Shown here: positions 37,501-50,700 of the stretch, one piece after another
Numbering within the stretch: position 1 is the first letter of the stretch
Layout: every line of letters starts with the position of its first letter
Source of the DNA: Penicillus capitatus
Lineage: Eukaryota; Plantae; Chlorophyta
Direction: 5' to 3'
Assembly: GCA_965649825.1 (NCBI GenBank)
Contig: OZ287718.1
Span: 62,001 to 126,000, forward strand
Length of the DNA stretch: 64,000 bases
The notes under the pieces: generated by a model
What the model was told of the DNA's origin: nothing
Seen by the model: only the letters and a program-made list of their open reading frames with translations
Databases searched by the model: none
Program-made: the position numbers and the translations under genes

Positions 37501-38530
37501 CATCTAATACTTACGTGTCAATTAACATCATCAGCGACAATGAGGTCGGATAAAGACGTGCAAAAGGATGGTGATGATGATTATGGCGATGGCGATGGCG
37601 GTGCTAAGAGCGACCATCATGACAGTAATAGTAATGGTTGTATCCATTAATGATCGATTATATGGTTATCGGTGAGGAAAGGCGAGAAGAGGAGGCAAAG
37701 AGAAAGCGAAGCGAGAAATAGAGGGGACTACCTTTGTCGATCTTTGAAAGATGCCAACGTTGGGAGCCTCCATGTCCAAAGGAAAACTGAAGCAGAATCC
37801 CAAGTGCAGCTTGACGTCTTCGTAAGGTCTAAGCAAACATTGCACCAATCGGTGAGTCCATCAAGGGAAAATTGAGGAGGTGGAAGTGCCTTTGGTTCAT
37901 TTCCAAGAAGATCTTGAAAGACGCCACGATGAAATCGAAGAGATTTTGGACGGGTCCAATTTTTCGATTGGGAGGTATTTCGATTTCTCGTCTCTCGTGT
38001 GTGAGCACTTGGCTCTTTGAGTTGCCTAACTGACAATGCATGACACGAAGGTTCGTGCCTCCAACGTCAATTGCATAGAACTCTCCCTTTTCATCTCTGA
38101 GTGAAGCGACAGCAGAGGGTTTCTCAGTATGACGGAGAGTGTTGCGAGAGCCCACCCAGTTGGCAGCTTCGTCATCCATGAAGGCAGCATTTTCAATGAA
38201 GAACCATAGTTGGAATTTAGTCCCTTTCTCAGCTGCTCTTCAAAGTCTTTCGTGATGGCAATGGCCTTGTCATCGGAGATGGCAAAATCATCTCGCCTCT
38301 ACAAATGGACACATATGGTATTCAAGCACCGACGGCTACGAGAATCTAAACAAAGTACGCGGAAAAGTTCTGTTACGCACTTTGGTTAGACTGCGACTGC
38401 GACGTGCAGATTTCGACGGCCATTGCGAGATACATGCCTTCATGATGATAGCGCTCAGTCCGAAACCAGCAACGGCACTCGCAATTGCAAAGACGCGTTT
38501 GTTGCGTTCAGTTTCGACAACGTTTCCCAT
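34548..38530 (-). CDS. HXK: Hexokinase with N-terminal membrane anchor; contains a 2,069-nt intron and a GC-AG intron (37829-37889)
   Basis: LKMLPSW, YAIDVGGTNLRV, LGFCFSFP...STK|GY...IGQDVV, NDAVG, GVVVGTGTNA, NIEWG, FEKMVSG and VDGSLY appear in the correct order. Confidence 0.93.
35803..35868. repeat. Left inverted element (catcatcaccatcaccat...; cactatcactgtcatgat) near the 3' end of the giant intron
   Basis: Reverse-complementary to 37567-37633. Confidence 0.8.
36521..37252 (-). CDS. Nested intronless orphan gene (243 aa) inside the hexokinase intron, same strand; putative nuclear protein
   Basis: The ORF is open for 314 codons and the first ATG is at 37252. It has a globular-looking N-terminal part (FFFRYRQAYPFTRKTYP...WDGVDPLTGEKADW), a basic NLS-like middle (RRRRDDDPSRRRLRSSTRAKRVR), a Ser/acidic linker and a helical C-terminus. 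Confidence 0.75.
   Translation of the reverse strand: MFSVKQEEEEDKSLPPVPPLPELRQPLTEREKLQLKQRGDNLRRRQGIGSLKYAEFFFRYRQAYPFTRKTYPAMGGRVETGNEAWDGVDPLTGEKADWLQADDNASRLRQNERRRRDDDPSRRRLRSSTRAKRVRSSDYEYESGSGKREELSDNSAPSSDESMAEVEVTENDQILQRDLKLLMDALTQIPTPRRAAVALETMLSKPEVQYALEKFGTGAELGLTRKELAAIAVLQSAVGCRKS
37567..37633. repeat. Right inverted element (gatggtgatgatg...atggcgatggcgatg; atcatgacagtaatagta) near the 5' end of the giant intron
   Basis: Reverse-complementary to 35803-35868. Confidence 0.8.
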
Positions 38531-38757
38531 TTCGTATATGGAGTGGGTCCAGTCAACAACGATGATCGTAGGGGCCCCGGCAGCTGATGCGAATGTCATG
38601 TCAAATTGTCGCCGGCCGTTGTGCGCATGGTCATCATTTGGAAACGATCGTACAACCAAAGACCTTGTGAATCTCTGTGCTGTTGACCTAAGACGACATC
38701 AAAAGTGTTGGGCGATCGAGAGACGACGGATACGCATTTGACATAGCGGAGGACATC

Positions 38758-41700
38758 ATGGACGACAAGCGTCGTTGGATTGCTCAGAAAGTGCGTCTCT
38801 CTTCTTTGACGCGTCATGCTTCCATGTCGGCCATGCTGACTGACGTCTGCGAATGTTGAGAAGCGTCACTCATGCATTGTTTGTCTGTAGCTCACTGAGA
38901 ATTTTGCTATCTCCCTTGCTGACGCGGAGAAAGCGATCAGGTGCGTTGGTCCTATCGTACTGTTCCGTGTCTCACAGACTGCAGGCATTACGCCGGTGAG
39001 GTCGAGACTTTCCTATCGGCTGAGGAATCTTCCTTCCTATTGTGGCATCATCAAGTATGGCGACGCGTTCGTGGCCATTTCTATTTTAGTACATTCTCGC
39101 ATGCAGTGTCCACTTGAGCGCGACGCCGTCGGAAACTGGGTCGAGTCTGATAGCTTGCCTCAGCTGATGCTCTACGACGCGCAGGCAACGCCGTCTTTAC
39201 TTTGTTCTCTGTGTGCAACGGGTTCTTCCAGAACGAGATGCCATTGACGAAGAACGCGGTTTACTTTTTAAAAACGGGCATCAAAGCACAGGGTCAGAAG
39301 ACGAATGAATACGAGATGTATAGTGGTCAAGTCTCTTTAAGCGTGTTGCCTCGTCTCAAGGATGTCCTCCGCGACTGTTACAATCCCGTTATTCAAGTTA
39401 AACCACTTCTCTGTCGGAGCTGTGTTCATGGCGTATGTGACACACAGTCGCGCAAGTGGGGAAAGGAAGAGACGCATGAAACGTCTGCCTTTCTGAGAAG
39501 TCTAGCCGATTTGTCAAGCACGCTTTGTGACGCTTCGGCGAGCTTAACAGTGAACAGCGAAAAAGAGCCCGTTCATTCAAAGTCGGTGATTTTCCGTTTT
39601 GTTTAGGTCGAAGTAGATTTAACGCTACCGGCCAATGAGATCTGTCAAAAAGCACACGGCGCGTCACAGTCGGGTCTGACGGCAGAAATCGATCCAGAAG
39701 TGATCAAGAATTGCGAGGACTGTCTCCAGTCATGGTGCAAAAAGATCGAGAGCATACTACACGTAACATGATACGATTCAAAGATGATTGATTCATAAGC
39801 TCTTCCTTTGGATAGGAGGTGGATGAACTCGAAAACGTCTCCGACGAATGTGGCCCATATACAGAGCTCGAGTTCTGGCGAAGGCGAATGTCAAAACTCA
39901 GCACTCTGACAGGCTGTCTTGAACAAGAGCCTTACAGATCCATCATTGGCGTGGCGCAACAAGGGAGATCATCATCTCTGAAAAGATGGAAGAATAACAC
40001 TGCCAAGGTATAGGCCGCAAAGCATGAGTTTTCCAGTCAGGTAAGTGGTATAGATCGAGGAAGCCTGCGATGAAATGAATGACAATATGATGTACCTGTC
40101 TACGTTGAGTAAAGCATTGGAGCCAATGTATTACCATACGCCAGAGGAGGTGAAGAAGTCGCTTCCTGGATTGCTCAAGAGTCTGAGCATTATGCATGAT
40201 GTCGCTAAGTACTATGGGAGTCGTGATCGCATGACAGTGTTCCTGAGAAAAGTGACCAACCAGATCATCAAGAACTGCATCGACAGTATTACAAGCAAAG
40301 GCAAATTTTGGAACCAGAACAGAGCAGAACTGATACAGCAATTACAAGTGAGAGCTTCGTTGTCACAGCTGCATCTCGATGACGGGAATTGCCGACAGAT
40401 ATGCTGTTCGGTTTGTGCTTCTTATGAAGAGCAGTATCAGATTCTTAAGGACGAGCAACAGGCGCATTCGCAAAAGCCTTTCGAATTCGACGAACACACC
40501 ATTTTCCTTCGGCTGCGTCTGTTTTCAAAGAGAATGAAAAAGCTGTGCTCTATGTTGACAACTGTGGATCAGTTCTCGAATCTCTCTATGCAAACCCACA
40601 TCGATGGATTGGAAGAGATCGTGAAGAATTTCGATGGTGTCGTGGACGACATTCGCCGAAAACCATACGACTTGCTGGACTTCTCAAACACACAATTCGA
40701 TCGAGACTACATGGAGTTTAATGTAAACATCCATGAGCTGGAAATAGAAATCCAGGTGTGAATTCCTTGCTTTCAGAGAAATCCAAAGTGACGGATAGAG
40801 ATGACTGGCTGTAGGGATTCATCGACACTTGTTTTGAGAACGTTCCTTCGACGGAATACGCACTGAACCTTCTGCAGCAGTTTCAGTTGATACTCCAGCG
40901 GGATTCCTTTCGGGAGACCCTAAATGCCAAGTATCTGGTGATATTTCAGAACTATGGAAAAGATGTGGACTTCGTCCAACAGCTCTACGAGAGCAAAAAG
41001 AACGGACCACCACTGCCACGCAATGCGCCTCTTGTGGCAGGTGACGACGCTCATCCTGATTCCTCCTCAAAGCGAAACAAACGGACATAGGGAATATCAT
41101 GTGGGCCCGGCAGCTGTTGAGAAAGATCGAGAAGCCCATGGAGCGATTCTCGCATGTCGATTGCTTGATGAACAACAAGGAATGCAAGAAGATCATCAAG
41201 ACATACAACAGAGTATGTCAGCAGAACTGCCATCTAGTGGATGATCACTCCCCTTTGACGGCATAGACGGCGAGAGCATTGGTGGAATTCGAGGAGCTCT
41301 GGATCCAAACATGGAAAGAGAACATTGAAGGTTCTAAGTCGAGGATCTATGATCCATTAATTGTTCACCATCCGAGCAAGAATCAGTTGCTTGTGAATTT
41401 CCATATGGATCTCTTGCAACTTATGAGAGAAACACGATACTTGCAAACACTGGGAATCCAAGTCCCACAATCAGCCATCGACGTCGCACTTCAAGTCGTT
41501 CATTGGTTCATCTGAAAGAGATGATGCAGCCGGGGATGATTCGCAGGAGGATATCTTAAAAGGGTTCTTTCGAAGACTCACACTCAGTATAAAGAAATAC
41601 AATCACATTATGGCTCAGATAAAACCCATTGTGAAGCCATTGCTGAAGCATCACATTGAAGAAATGGAGGATCGGATCGGTCCCGGAATGGAAGATCTGT

Positions 41701-44700
41701 GCTGGGCATCTCTCGGAATTGAATCCTATATTCAGAACATGGAGAAGGGTAGGTGCTTGCTGTACACCATACAAAGAGGATGCCACAATGCTTGTCTCGC
41801 GTACAGGTCTCAAGAGCATTGGTGATCTGGTAAATCAAGTCAATGATTTGTTGGAGAATCGCATTGAGATGAACATTCAAGCAATCACTCGTAGTTCCTT
41901 CGTTGATTTACCAGAAGAGAGGTTCGTCGTCGTCATCATCTAAGGAAATAGACAAGACACATTCCGCGAAACCTGTCCAGGTCTTTTGGATACGATGAGT
42001 TCATGACAGTGCAGCTGTCTTGCATCTCAAAACAAACCGAGAGTATTGCCATTCGGAATATCGAGATTCAGCGTGCTCTAGATGATGTTATTGCGCTTAT
42101 CGCTCATCATCGTCCAGGAGACAAGGATGCAGCCTTCATAGAAATGAACAATGAGAATTGCATGATGTTCAAGAAATACTACTGCAAGGTTGTATACAAG
42201 GCCATTTTGGCAGCAACAAAAAAGAGCTTCGAGTCTCTAAAGAGACGTCTGGCGACAACAACAACTTCATCCTTCTTCGCATTGGATCAGCCATTCTTCA
42301 ATGTTGGCATCGAACTCAAAGTGATGGTAGATCTGTCGATGGATACAGTGTCCAGAGTTTGTGTTCCTTAGATACCTAATGTGACGCTAAGTCCAAGTCT
42401 AGAAGACATTCAGAAACTGATCAATCAGACAGGAAAGGCTATTCTGGGTGCTTCAAAGAGAATCAGTTCTTGGGAGATTTATGGAGAGAAGACGACCGAC
42501 TTCTATTCGATGATCGTTGATGACAAAGAGATTGTGAAGTCCATTTTGCTTTTGACAGGTTTTCTTATGCTCCACTGAGGTGTCTCATCATGATGGATGT
42601 TAGGCAGCGTTGAGTCTGTCAAGCAGAAAGCTCTTCAGTACATAACCAGATTTGACAAGTACACGTTCCTCTGGAAACAGAATTTGCAGGAAGCTTATCA
42701 AGCTTTCATGGAGACGAATCCTAGTCTTGAGGATTTTGAAGCTGAGCTGCAGAAATACATGGCCATTCAAAATGAAGTCGATGGACTGCAAGATACACAC
42801 AGTCTGGGATCCCTCTGCTTAGAAACCCAACCACTGAAGCATTCTCTCAAGAGCGAAGCTGCATCATGGAAAGCTCGATTTTCAAAGAATCTACACGAAA
42901 AAGGTGAAGAAGATCTGAAAAATCTCGACAGCTACATCAGAGACATGACTCAGAAGCTCAACAGAAAGGCATCACTCTTTTTCTCGATAGACGTCACTGA
43001 TGACACAGTTGTGCAGATTGATGATTTAGAGGATGTAAGAAGTCTGGTCGGATTTCTGAAGGAGATTCGTAGGAAAGAAGCAGATATAGAGAACATCATC
43101 AGTCCAATAGAAGAGATGTATGCCCTGTTGATGAAATACGAAGTTCCTGTGCCCAAAGAGGAGACGGATCTCGTCAGTGACTTGCCATACAGCTGGAAGA
43201 AGCTCATCAAACTCTCCACAGAAGTTTCAGATAGACTCTCGGATCTGCAAGTCGGATTTAAGAGAGAGCTTATCAAAGAGGTCAAAGCTTTTGTGGGAGA
43301 TGTGGTTTCCTTCCGACAGGATTGGGAGGAGAATGGTCCGATGGTGGCTGGTCTGGATCCCATGGAAGCTGTGGATCGCCTTAAGAAATTTCAGCAGATG
43401 TTCGAGGTGCGCAAGCGCAAATGGGAAGCATACAGTTCAGGGGAGGAGCTTTTTGGACTGTCTGTTACTCAATACCCTGAGTTGGAAACCACGGAAAAGG
43501 AAGTCCAGATGCTGGATCGACTCTACAGCCTCTATGTCACCGTGATTTCGACGATTAAGGGATATGGCGACTATTTCTGGGTGGATGTTGTGGAGCAGGT
43601 GGATTCCATGGCCGAACAGGTGTATTTAACCAGATGGCATACGATCCTTGCTAATGGTTGGATAAACAGGTGAATGGGTATCAGGCGCAGTGCAAGAAAC
43701 TACCAAAGGCATTGAGAGAGTGGCCTGCATATCTGGATTGTCGCAAAACCATCGATGACTTTCTAGACATGCTGCCGCTTTTCCAGGCACTGGCACATAA
43801 ATCTATGCGAGAACGACATTGGAAAGAAGTGATGTCGATTACAGGTGAACTCAGCTTCATAGCACAGTACAGAGCACTGGACAAATGTGTATGCATGTGT
43901 GTAGGCCGGGAGCTAAACTTGGCCGAAGACACTTTTAAACTCCAGCACCTCCTTGACTGCAAAATTCTCGACTTTAGGGATGAGCTCGAGGAACTAACAT
44001 CCGCAGCTGTGAAGGAAGAACAGATAGAGCTCAAACTGAAAGCCATTGACTCTGAGTGGGCAGATCTCTGTTTGGTGTTCAGCGAGTACAAGACAAGAGG
44101 GCCTGTAATTCTCAAATCTGCCGAAACAGCTGAGCTTATTGAGAAGCTTGAGGATTCTCAAATGACATTGGGGTCTATGGCAACGAATCGATACAGTGCT
44201 CCTTTCCGTGAAGAAGTACAGGATTGGGTGGTTAAGCTTTCGACGGTCTCAGAAATCATCGAGCAGTGGATGATGGTCCAAAACATGTGGATGTACATGG
44301 AAGCTGTCTTCTCTGGCGGCGATATCGTGAAGCAACTCCCACAGGAGGCAAAACGATTTCAGAACATTGACAAAAACTTCATGAAGGTGGTAACGAATGC
44401 CCTGGAGACAGCAAATGTGGTGAATGCATGTTACGGAAATGAGATGATGAAAACAATGCTCTCGCATTTGCTTGAGCAGCTGGAGCTCTGCCAGAAATCA
44501 CTCTCGGCCTATTTGGAAACGAAGAGGGCAGAATTCCCACGCTTCTATTTCGTATCGGATCCAACGCTTCTGGAGATTCTCTCTTTGGGATCCGATCCGC
44601 CGTCTGTCGTGCCGCATTTTCAATCTGGATTGTTTGATTCTCTGACGGATGTCACTTTCGATAAGAATGATAAGTCCCGAATGCTCGAGATGTTCAGCCA

Positions 44701-47700
44701 ACAAGGAGAGAAGGTGGAATTTGAGGCACCGGTGGAAGCCAAGGGCAACATCGAAGTTTGGCTCCAGAAATTAGTCGATGGCATGCAAAACACGGTGAAA
44801 TCGATTATCAAGGCTGCAGCCAGAAACGTCAATGTGCGTGCGATCTTGGACATGCATAAATTGGCCTTGTTTGATAATTGCGTGCTGCACACAGGAGATG
44901 GAACTCGAGTCCTTCATATTTGGACACCCTGCACAAGTTTCCTTGCTCGGCATTCAGTTTCAGTGGACAGCAGACACGCAAGAAGCACTCACACGGGCCA
45001 AGACAGATAAATCTATTTTAAATAAGACAATGAAGAAAACCGAGGCCATTCTTAAAGACATGGTCATGATCACCGTCAAGTCAGATCTCACAAAGATTCA
45101 GCGAACCAATTTAGAAACCTGCATCACTGTACACATGCATCAGAAAGAGTCGACAGAGGATCTGGTTAAGAAGAAGATCAAGGATCCTACAGACTTTGAG
45201 TGGTTAAAGCAATGCCGGTTCTATTGGAGAGAGGAGAAGAACACAGTGATCATCTCGATCTGCGATGTCGACTTTGAATACTCGTTTGAGTATCTGGGTG
45301 TCAAGGAGCGATTGGTGATCACCCCACTGACAGATATCTGTTACATCACACTCTCCCAAGCTTTGGGAATGTTCCTTGGCGGTGCCCCTGCTGGTCCTGC
45401 TGGAACAGGCAAGACAGAAACGACCAAAGATTTGGGGAACACGCTTGGAAAATATGTCGTCGTGTTCAACTGCTCAGATCAGATGGACTACAAAGGCATG
45501 GGCAAAATCTACAAGGGCTTGGCACAATCGGGTCTGTGGGGCTGCTTTGACGAATTCAACAGAATCAATCTGGACGTCTTGTCTGTCTGTGCACAACAAG
45601 TCTACTGTGTTCTATCAGCGATCCGAGAAAGAAAAAAGTCTTTTGTCTTCACGGATGGTACGACTGTCTCTTTGGATCCAAGAGTAGGATTCTTCATCAC
45701 GATGAATCCTGGTTATGCTGGAAGACAGGAGTTGCCGGAGAATCTGAAAGCTTTGTTCAGAGGTGTGACCATGATGGTGCCGAATCGTCAGATAATTATG
45801 AAAGTCAAACTGGCGGCCTGCGGATATCAAGAGAATGATATTCTGTCTAAGAAATTCTTCGTGCTGTATGGACTCTGCGAACAGCAGTTGTCGAAACAGC
45901 CGCATTATGATTTTGGTCTACGGAATATCCTCTCCGTTTTGCGAACGGCTGGTGCTTCCAAGAGAGCAAATCCTGACAAGTCTGAGGTCTATCTCATGAT
46001 GCGAACACTCAGAGACATGAACATGTCGAAATTCGTGGCCGAAGATGTCCCTTTGTTTCTGTCCTTGATCGACGACCTCTTTCCTGGGCTCAAAGCAGAT
46101 AGAGCACAGTTTCCCGATATCGAGACCGCTTTGAGAAAGGCGGTGGAAGAAAGAGGCCTTCAGCAGCACCAGACATGGATCAATAAGTGCATTCAGCTCT
46201 ACGAAACGTTCCTGGTCAGACACGGAATCATGCTGGTGGGTCCAAGCGGAGGAGGAAAATCGACGATTCAGGAATGCCTTGCTGCTGCTTTAACAGCACT
46301 GGGAAACAAACATGTGATCTGGAGAATGAATCCCAAAGCGATCACAGCTCCGCAGATGTTTGGCAAAATGGATGCCACCACTGGGGATTGGACAGATGGC
46401 ATCTTCTCGGTTCTGTGGCGAAGAGCCGCCAAAAACAAAAACCAAAGCACATGGATTGTCCTGGATGGTCCTGTCGATGCCATATGGATCGAGAATCTAA
46501 ACACAGTCCTGGACGACAACAAAGTGTTGACACTTGCCAACGGTGATCGTATTCTGATGACATCTGCTATGAAAGCCATGTTCGAGCCCGAGAATCTTGC
46601 GAATGCTTCGCCTGCCACCGTGTCACGAGCAGGGATTATTTATGTCTCAGATTCAGAGTTGGGATGGGAGCCAGTTGTGGCGTCCTGGATCCAGAAGAGA
46701 AAAGATCCAGAGAAAGCGATTCTTCCTGGACTGTTCAAGCTCTACGTTCAACCTCTCTTGGACTTTGTTCGACTGAACTTGCGTCCTGTTGTCTACAACG
46801 AACACGTCTGCCAAGTGGGCACACTACTCAAACTCCTCGAAGGAATGCTGATGCCACATGATAACCTCAAAGAGGATCAGTACGAACGCATTTTTCTCTA
46901 TTGTTTGGTGTGGTCCTTGGGTGGACTGCTGGATGGAGAGGATCGATCTGTTTTCAGTGGAGAGCTTACGAAGATGGCCACCAAGAAGCTCCCTTCTCTA
47001 CAGAACACAGAAACAGTATATGAGTATTCGGTTGATGAGACAACGCTGGAATGGACGCATTGGAGATCTTATGTGCCTGTCTGGACCTATCCAAAGGGAG
47101 AAGAGAAGCCGAAATTTGCTCAGCTCGTGATCCCGACCCTGGATTCAGTTCGCTTTGAGAAACTCCTTTCGTTAATATATTCCGTCAATGGAGCCTCGTT
47201 GTTAGTTGGAAGCCCTGGAACGGCGAAGACGTCCACAATCAATCAATTTCTGTCAAAGTTCAACGCAGAACAGACGGTGTCGAAGACAGTGACATTCTCT
47301 TCTCTCACCACTCCACAGATTTTTCAGACGACGATCGAGGGATCCGTTGAAAAACGACAGGGTCGTACATATGGTCCACCGGGTGGAAAATCCATGTGCG
47401 TCTTCATCGATGATCTATCGATGCCTGCGGTAAACGAATGGGGAGATCAAGTCACGAACGAAATCGTCCGACAGCTCTTGGAGCAGGGAGGGATGTACAG
47501 TTTGGAAAAACCGATTGGAGACATGAAACACATCACGGAAACAAAATACATCGCTGCCATGAATCATCCAGGGGGCGGAAAGAATGATATCCCCAACAGG
47601 CTGAAGCGTCAGTTTGCCCTTTTTAACGTTCCTTTGCCATCTGTGGCTGCCATTAACAACATCTTTGGAGCGCTGGTGGCAGGACGTTTCTGTGCGGAAG

Positions 47701-50700
47701 ATTTCTCACAAGAGGTTGTGGAACTTGCGCAGAAGCTGGTGCCCATGACGCTGGACCTCTGGAACAAGATCCAAGGCAAAATGCTCCCCACTCCAGCGAA
47801 ATTCCATTATCTGTTTAACATGCGAGAACTTTCCAAAGTATTTCAGGGGATCATTCTTGCATCAAGAGACAGGTTGTGTCCATCAAACTCTCCTGGCTCT
47901 GTTACACAACTGATAACTGTCGTTCTGAAGGTTTATGCAAGGATCAACGGGACCATTTGGTGGCAAAGTCACCAGTGCTGAGGGCTATCTGCTAAGCCTC
48001 TGGATGCATGAATGTCGCCGTGTGTTTTGTGATAAACTCGTCACCCAAAGCGACAAGGACTGGGTCGAAAACCTCCTCGGTAAGCTGTGTGAGGAGAATG
48101 TCGAAGCAAAGCTCGTTGCTGAAGTGAACAGATACTGTGATCAGAAACGCATTGAACAAGGAGTATTGCTGTTTAGGTGCAAGAGCCTCTGTACTATGTG
48201 GATTTCCTGAGAGAACCTGTCTACGATGACGAGACGGGCGAAGTGGTCGATGCACATCCCAGTTTCTACGAGGCTGTTCCTGGTGGATTGGCTGAAATCA
48301 AAGAACGCGTTGAGGGTTTCCAACAACGTTTCAATGAAGAAAGCAAAATCATGAAGCTCGAGCTTGTGCTCTTTGCAGATGCCTTGAAGCATCTTATGCG
48401 CATTTCTCGATTGCTGAGCATGGACAGAGGATCTGCGTTGCTGGTTGGAGTGGGTGGATCTGGAAAGCAATCGCTCACTCGACTAGCGGCGTACATCGCA
48501 GGCGCCTACACTTTTCAAACCACCATTACCAAAACGTACAACGTCACCAATCTCTTCGACGACATCAAGGCCCTCTACAAAATCGCTGGATTCAAAGGAC
48601 AGCCTGTTTGCTTCATCTTCACGGATGCCGAAGTGAAGGACGAGGGTTTCCTCGAATATATCAATCAGATTCTGATGACTGGTGAAGTGGCTGGACTTTT
48701 CCCAAAGGACGAACTGGATGTGATCGTCAATGACATTCGACCTGTGATGAAGGCTGCCAAGCCCCATGTTCCAGACACCTGGGACAATCTCTATAGTTTC
48801 TTCCTGGAACGCGTTCGAGACAATCTGCATGTCGTGCTTTGCTTTTCACCTGTCGGAGACAAATTCAGTCGTCGTGCACGTCAGTTTCCTGGATTGATCA
48901 ATGGCTGTACCATCGACTGGTTCTTGCCTTGGCCGGAGGAAGCGCTGACATCTGTCTCGAGCAAATTCATCGATGAATTCTCCATGGCCTGTTCTGACGA
49001 GTCTAAGAACCAATTGAAGCTCATGATGGGTCACGTGCATGTTTTTGTGACCAATGCCTGCCGTGAGTACTTTGAAAAATTTCGCCGGCATGTGTACGTC
49101 ACACCCAAGAGTTATCTGTCTTTCATTCAAGGCTACAAGTCACTGTACAGTAGAAAACTGGCCTATGTCGAACAACTGGCCAAAAACATCAACAGTGGAC
49201 TGCAGAAGATGTTCGAGGCAAAGGATGATGTGAGCAAAATGAAAGTTGATCTAGGAATCAAGAACCAGGAACTCGAAGTCGCAGCTAAGGAGGCAGAGAC
49301 CCTACTAAAATCTATTTCTGAGAACACTGCCATCGCAGAGAAGGAAAAGGCGAAAGTGGCCGTCATTGTCGATGGGGTTACCACTAAGGCATCTGAAATC
49401 AAAGCTGTCAAAGACGATGCCGAAAAGGACTTGGCTGCCGCGAAGCCTGCATTGGATGCCGCTTTGGCTGCTTTGAATTCCATCACTCCAAAAGACATCA
49501 CTGCCCTCAAGGCTCTGAAAAATCCACCAGATGTCGTCAAACGAATCTTTGATGCTGTTCTGATGCTGCGTCACTTTCCAGTGGACAAGATCACCTATCA
49601 TGACGTCAAAGGAAGCATGGTTATACTGGGTACTTATACAGAGTCTGTCAAAATGATGGGAGATATGAATTTCTTGGGAGCTCTGATGAACTTTCCAAAA
49701 GAGCAAATCAATGATGAGACAGTGGAGTTGCTCAAACCATACTTTGCGGCGCCAGATTTCAACTTTGAGGCTGCGCGAAAGGCAAGTGGAAATGTTGCAG
49801 GTCTCTGTAACTGGGCAGAGGCGATGTGCACATACCACAATGTGGCCAAGGTTGTAGAACCCAAGATTATTGCCTTGAGGTACATCCAGAAGACAGCAGT
49901 AGACGGATGCATCTCTGTCTGTTTTGTAGAGAATCTGAGGCTGAGCTCAAAGTCGCGATGAAAGAGAAGAATGCAGCCGAGGAAAAAATGGCAGAGGTTC
50001 AAGCAAAGCTTGATGAAATGCAGGCGAATTTTGATGCAGCAATGGCTCAAAAGCAAGCATTGGAAGATGATGCCACGAACACCCAGAAGAAGATGGATTC
50101 AGCTAATGCTCTCTTACACGCCCTCGCAGGCGAAGAGAGTCGATGGACAGAACTCTCCAAGGAATTTGACACACAGATTCAGAAGCTCACTGGAGATTGT
50201 GCCATTGCTTCCGCTTTTGTCTCTTACCTTGGACCTTTCAACAAAGAATTCAGAGAATTGCTGATGACGCGTGATTTCTACGGAGACTGTGTCCAGCTTA
50301 ACATTCCAGTCACAGAGGGCATTGAAGTTTCGAAGTTCCTGGTGGATGATTCCGAAGTCGGCGAGTGGACCCTTCAAGGATTACCAACAGATGAACTCTC
50401 AGGTAATCAGCCCAACGACCTGTCGTCCACAAGCATTTACCCATTCTCTCTGCCACCTAGTTCAAAACGGCATCATGGTGACACGTGCATCCCGATATCC
50501 AATTCTTGTCGATCCACAGGGACAGGGTAAACTGTGGATCATGAACAAAGAAGAAGAAAATCAGCTGAAAGTCACTCAGTTGAACGATAAGATGTTCAGG
50601 TGAGGAAAACCACAGGCATCATGTCCTCGCATGATGAAGATGGGGGTGCAAACAGGAATCACTTGGAGGATTGTTTGACATTTGGCAAACCCTTGCTGAT

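Larger units (their letters stand above)
35663..37731 (-). other. Giant (2,069 nt) GT-AG intron of hexokinase
   Basis: Donor AAG|GTAGTC at 37731 and acceptor TGTAG|GGT at 35663 join STK to GYAYDDAIGQDVV in phase 0, restoring the conserved TKG motif. Confidence 0.88.

Noticed and set aside
35663-37731. Giant intron interpreted as a DNA transposon or MITE with terminal inverted repeats
   Set aside because: The repeats are internal (100-190 nt from the ends), short and non-collinear. I see no target-site duplication and no DDE, RT or Y-recombinase motif in the ORF. Wobble-only mismatches point to RNA pairing instead.
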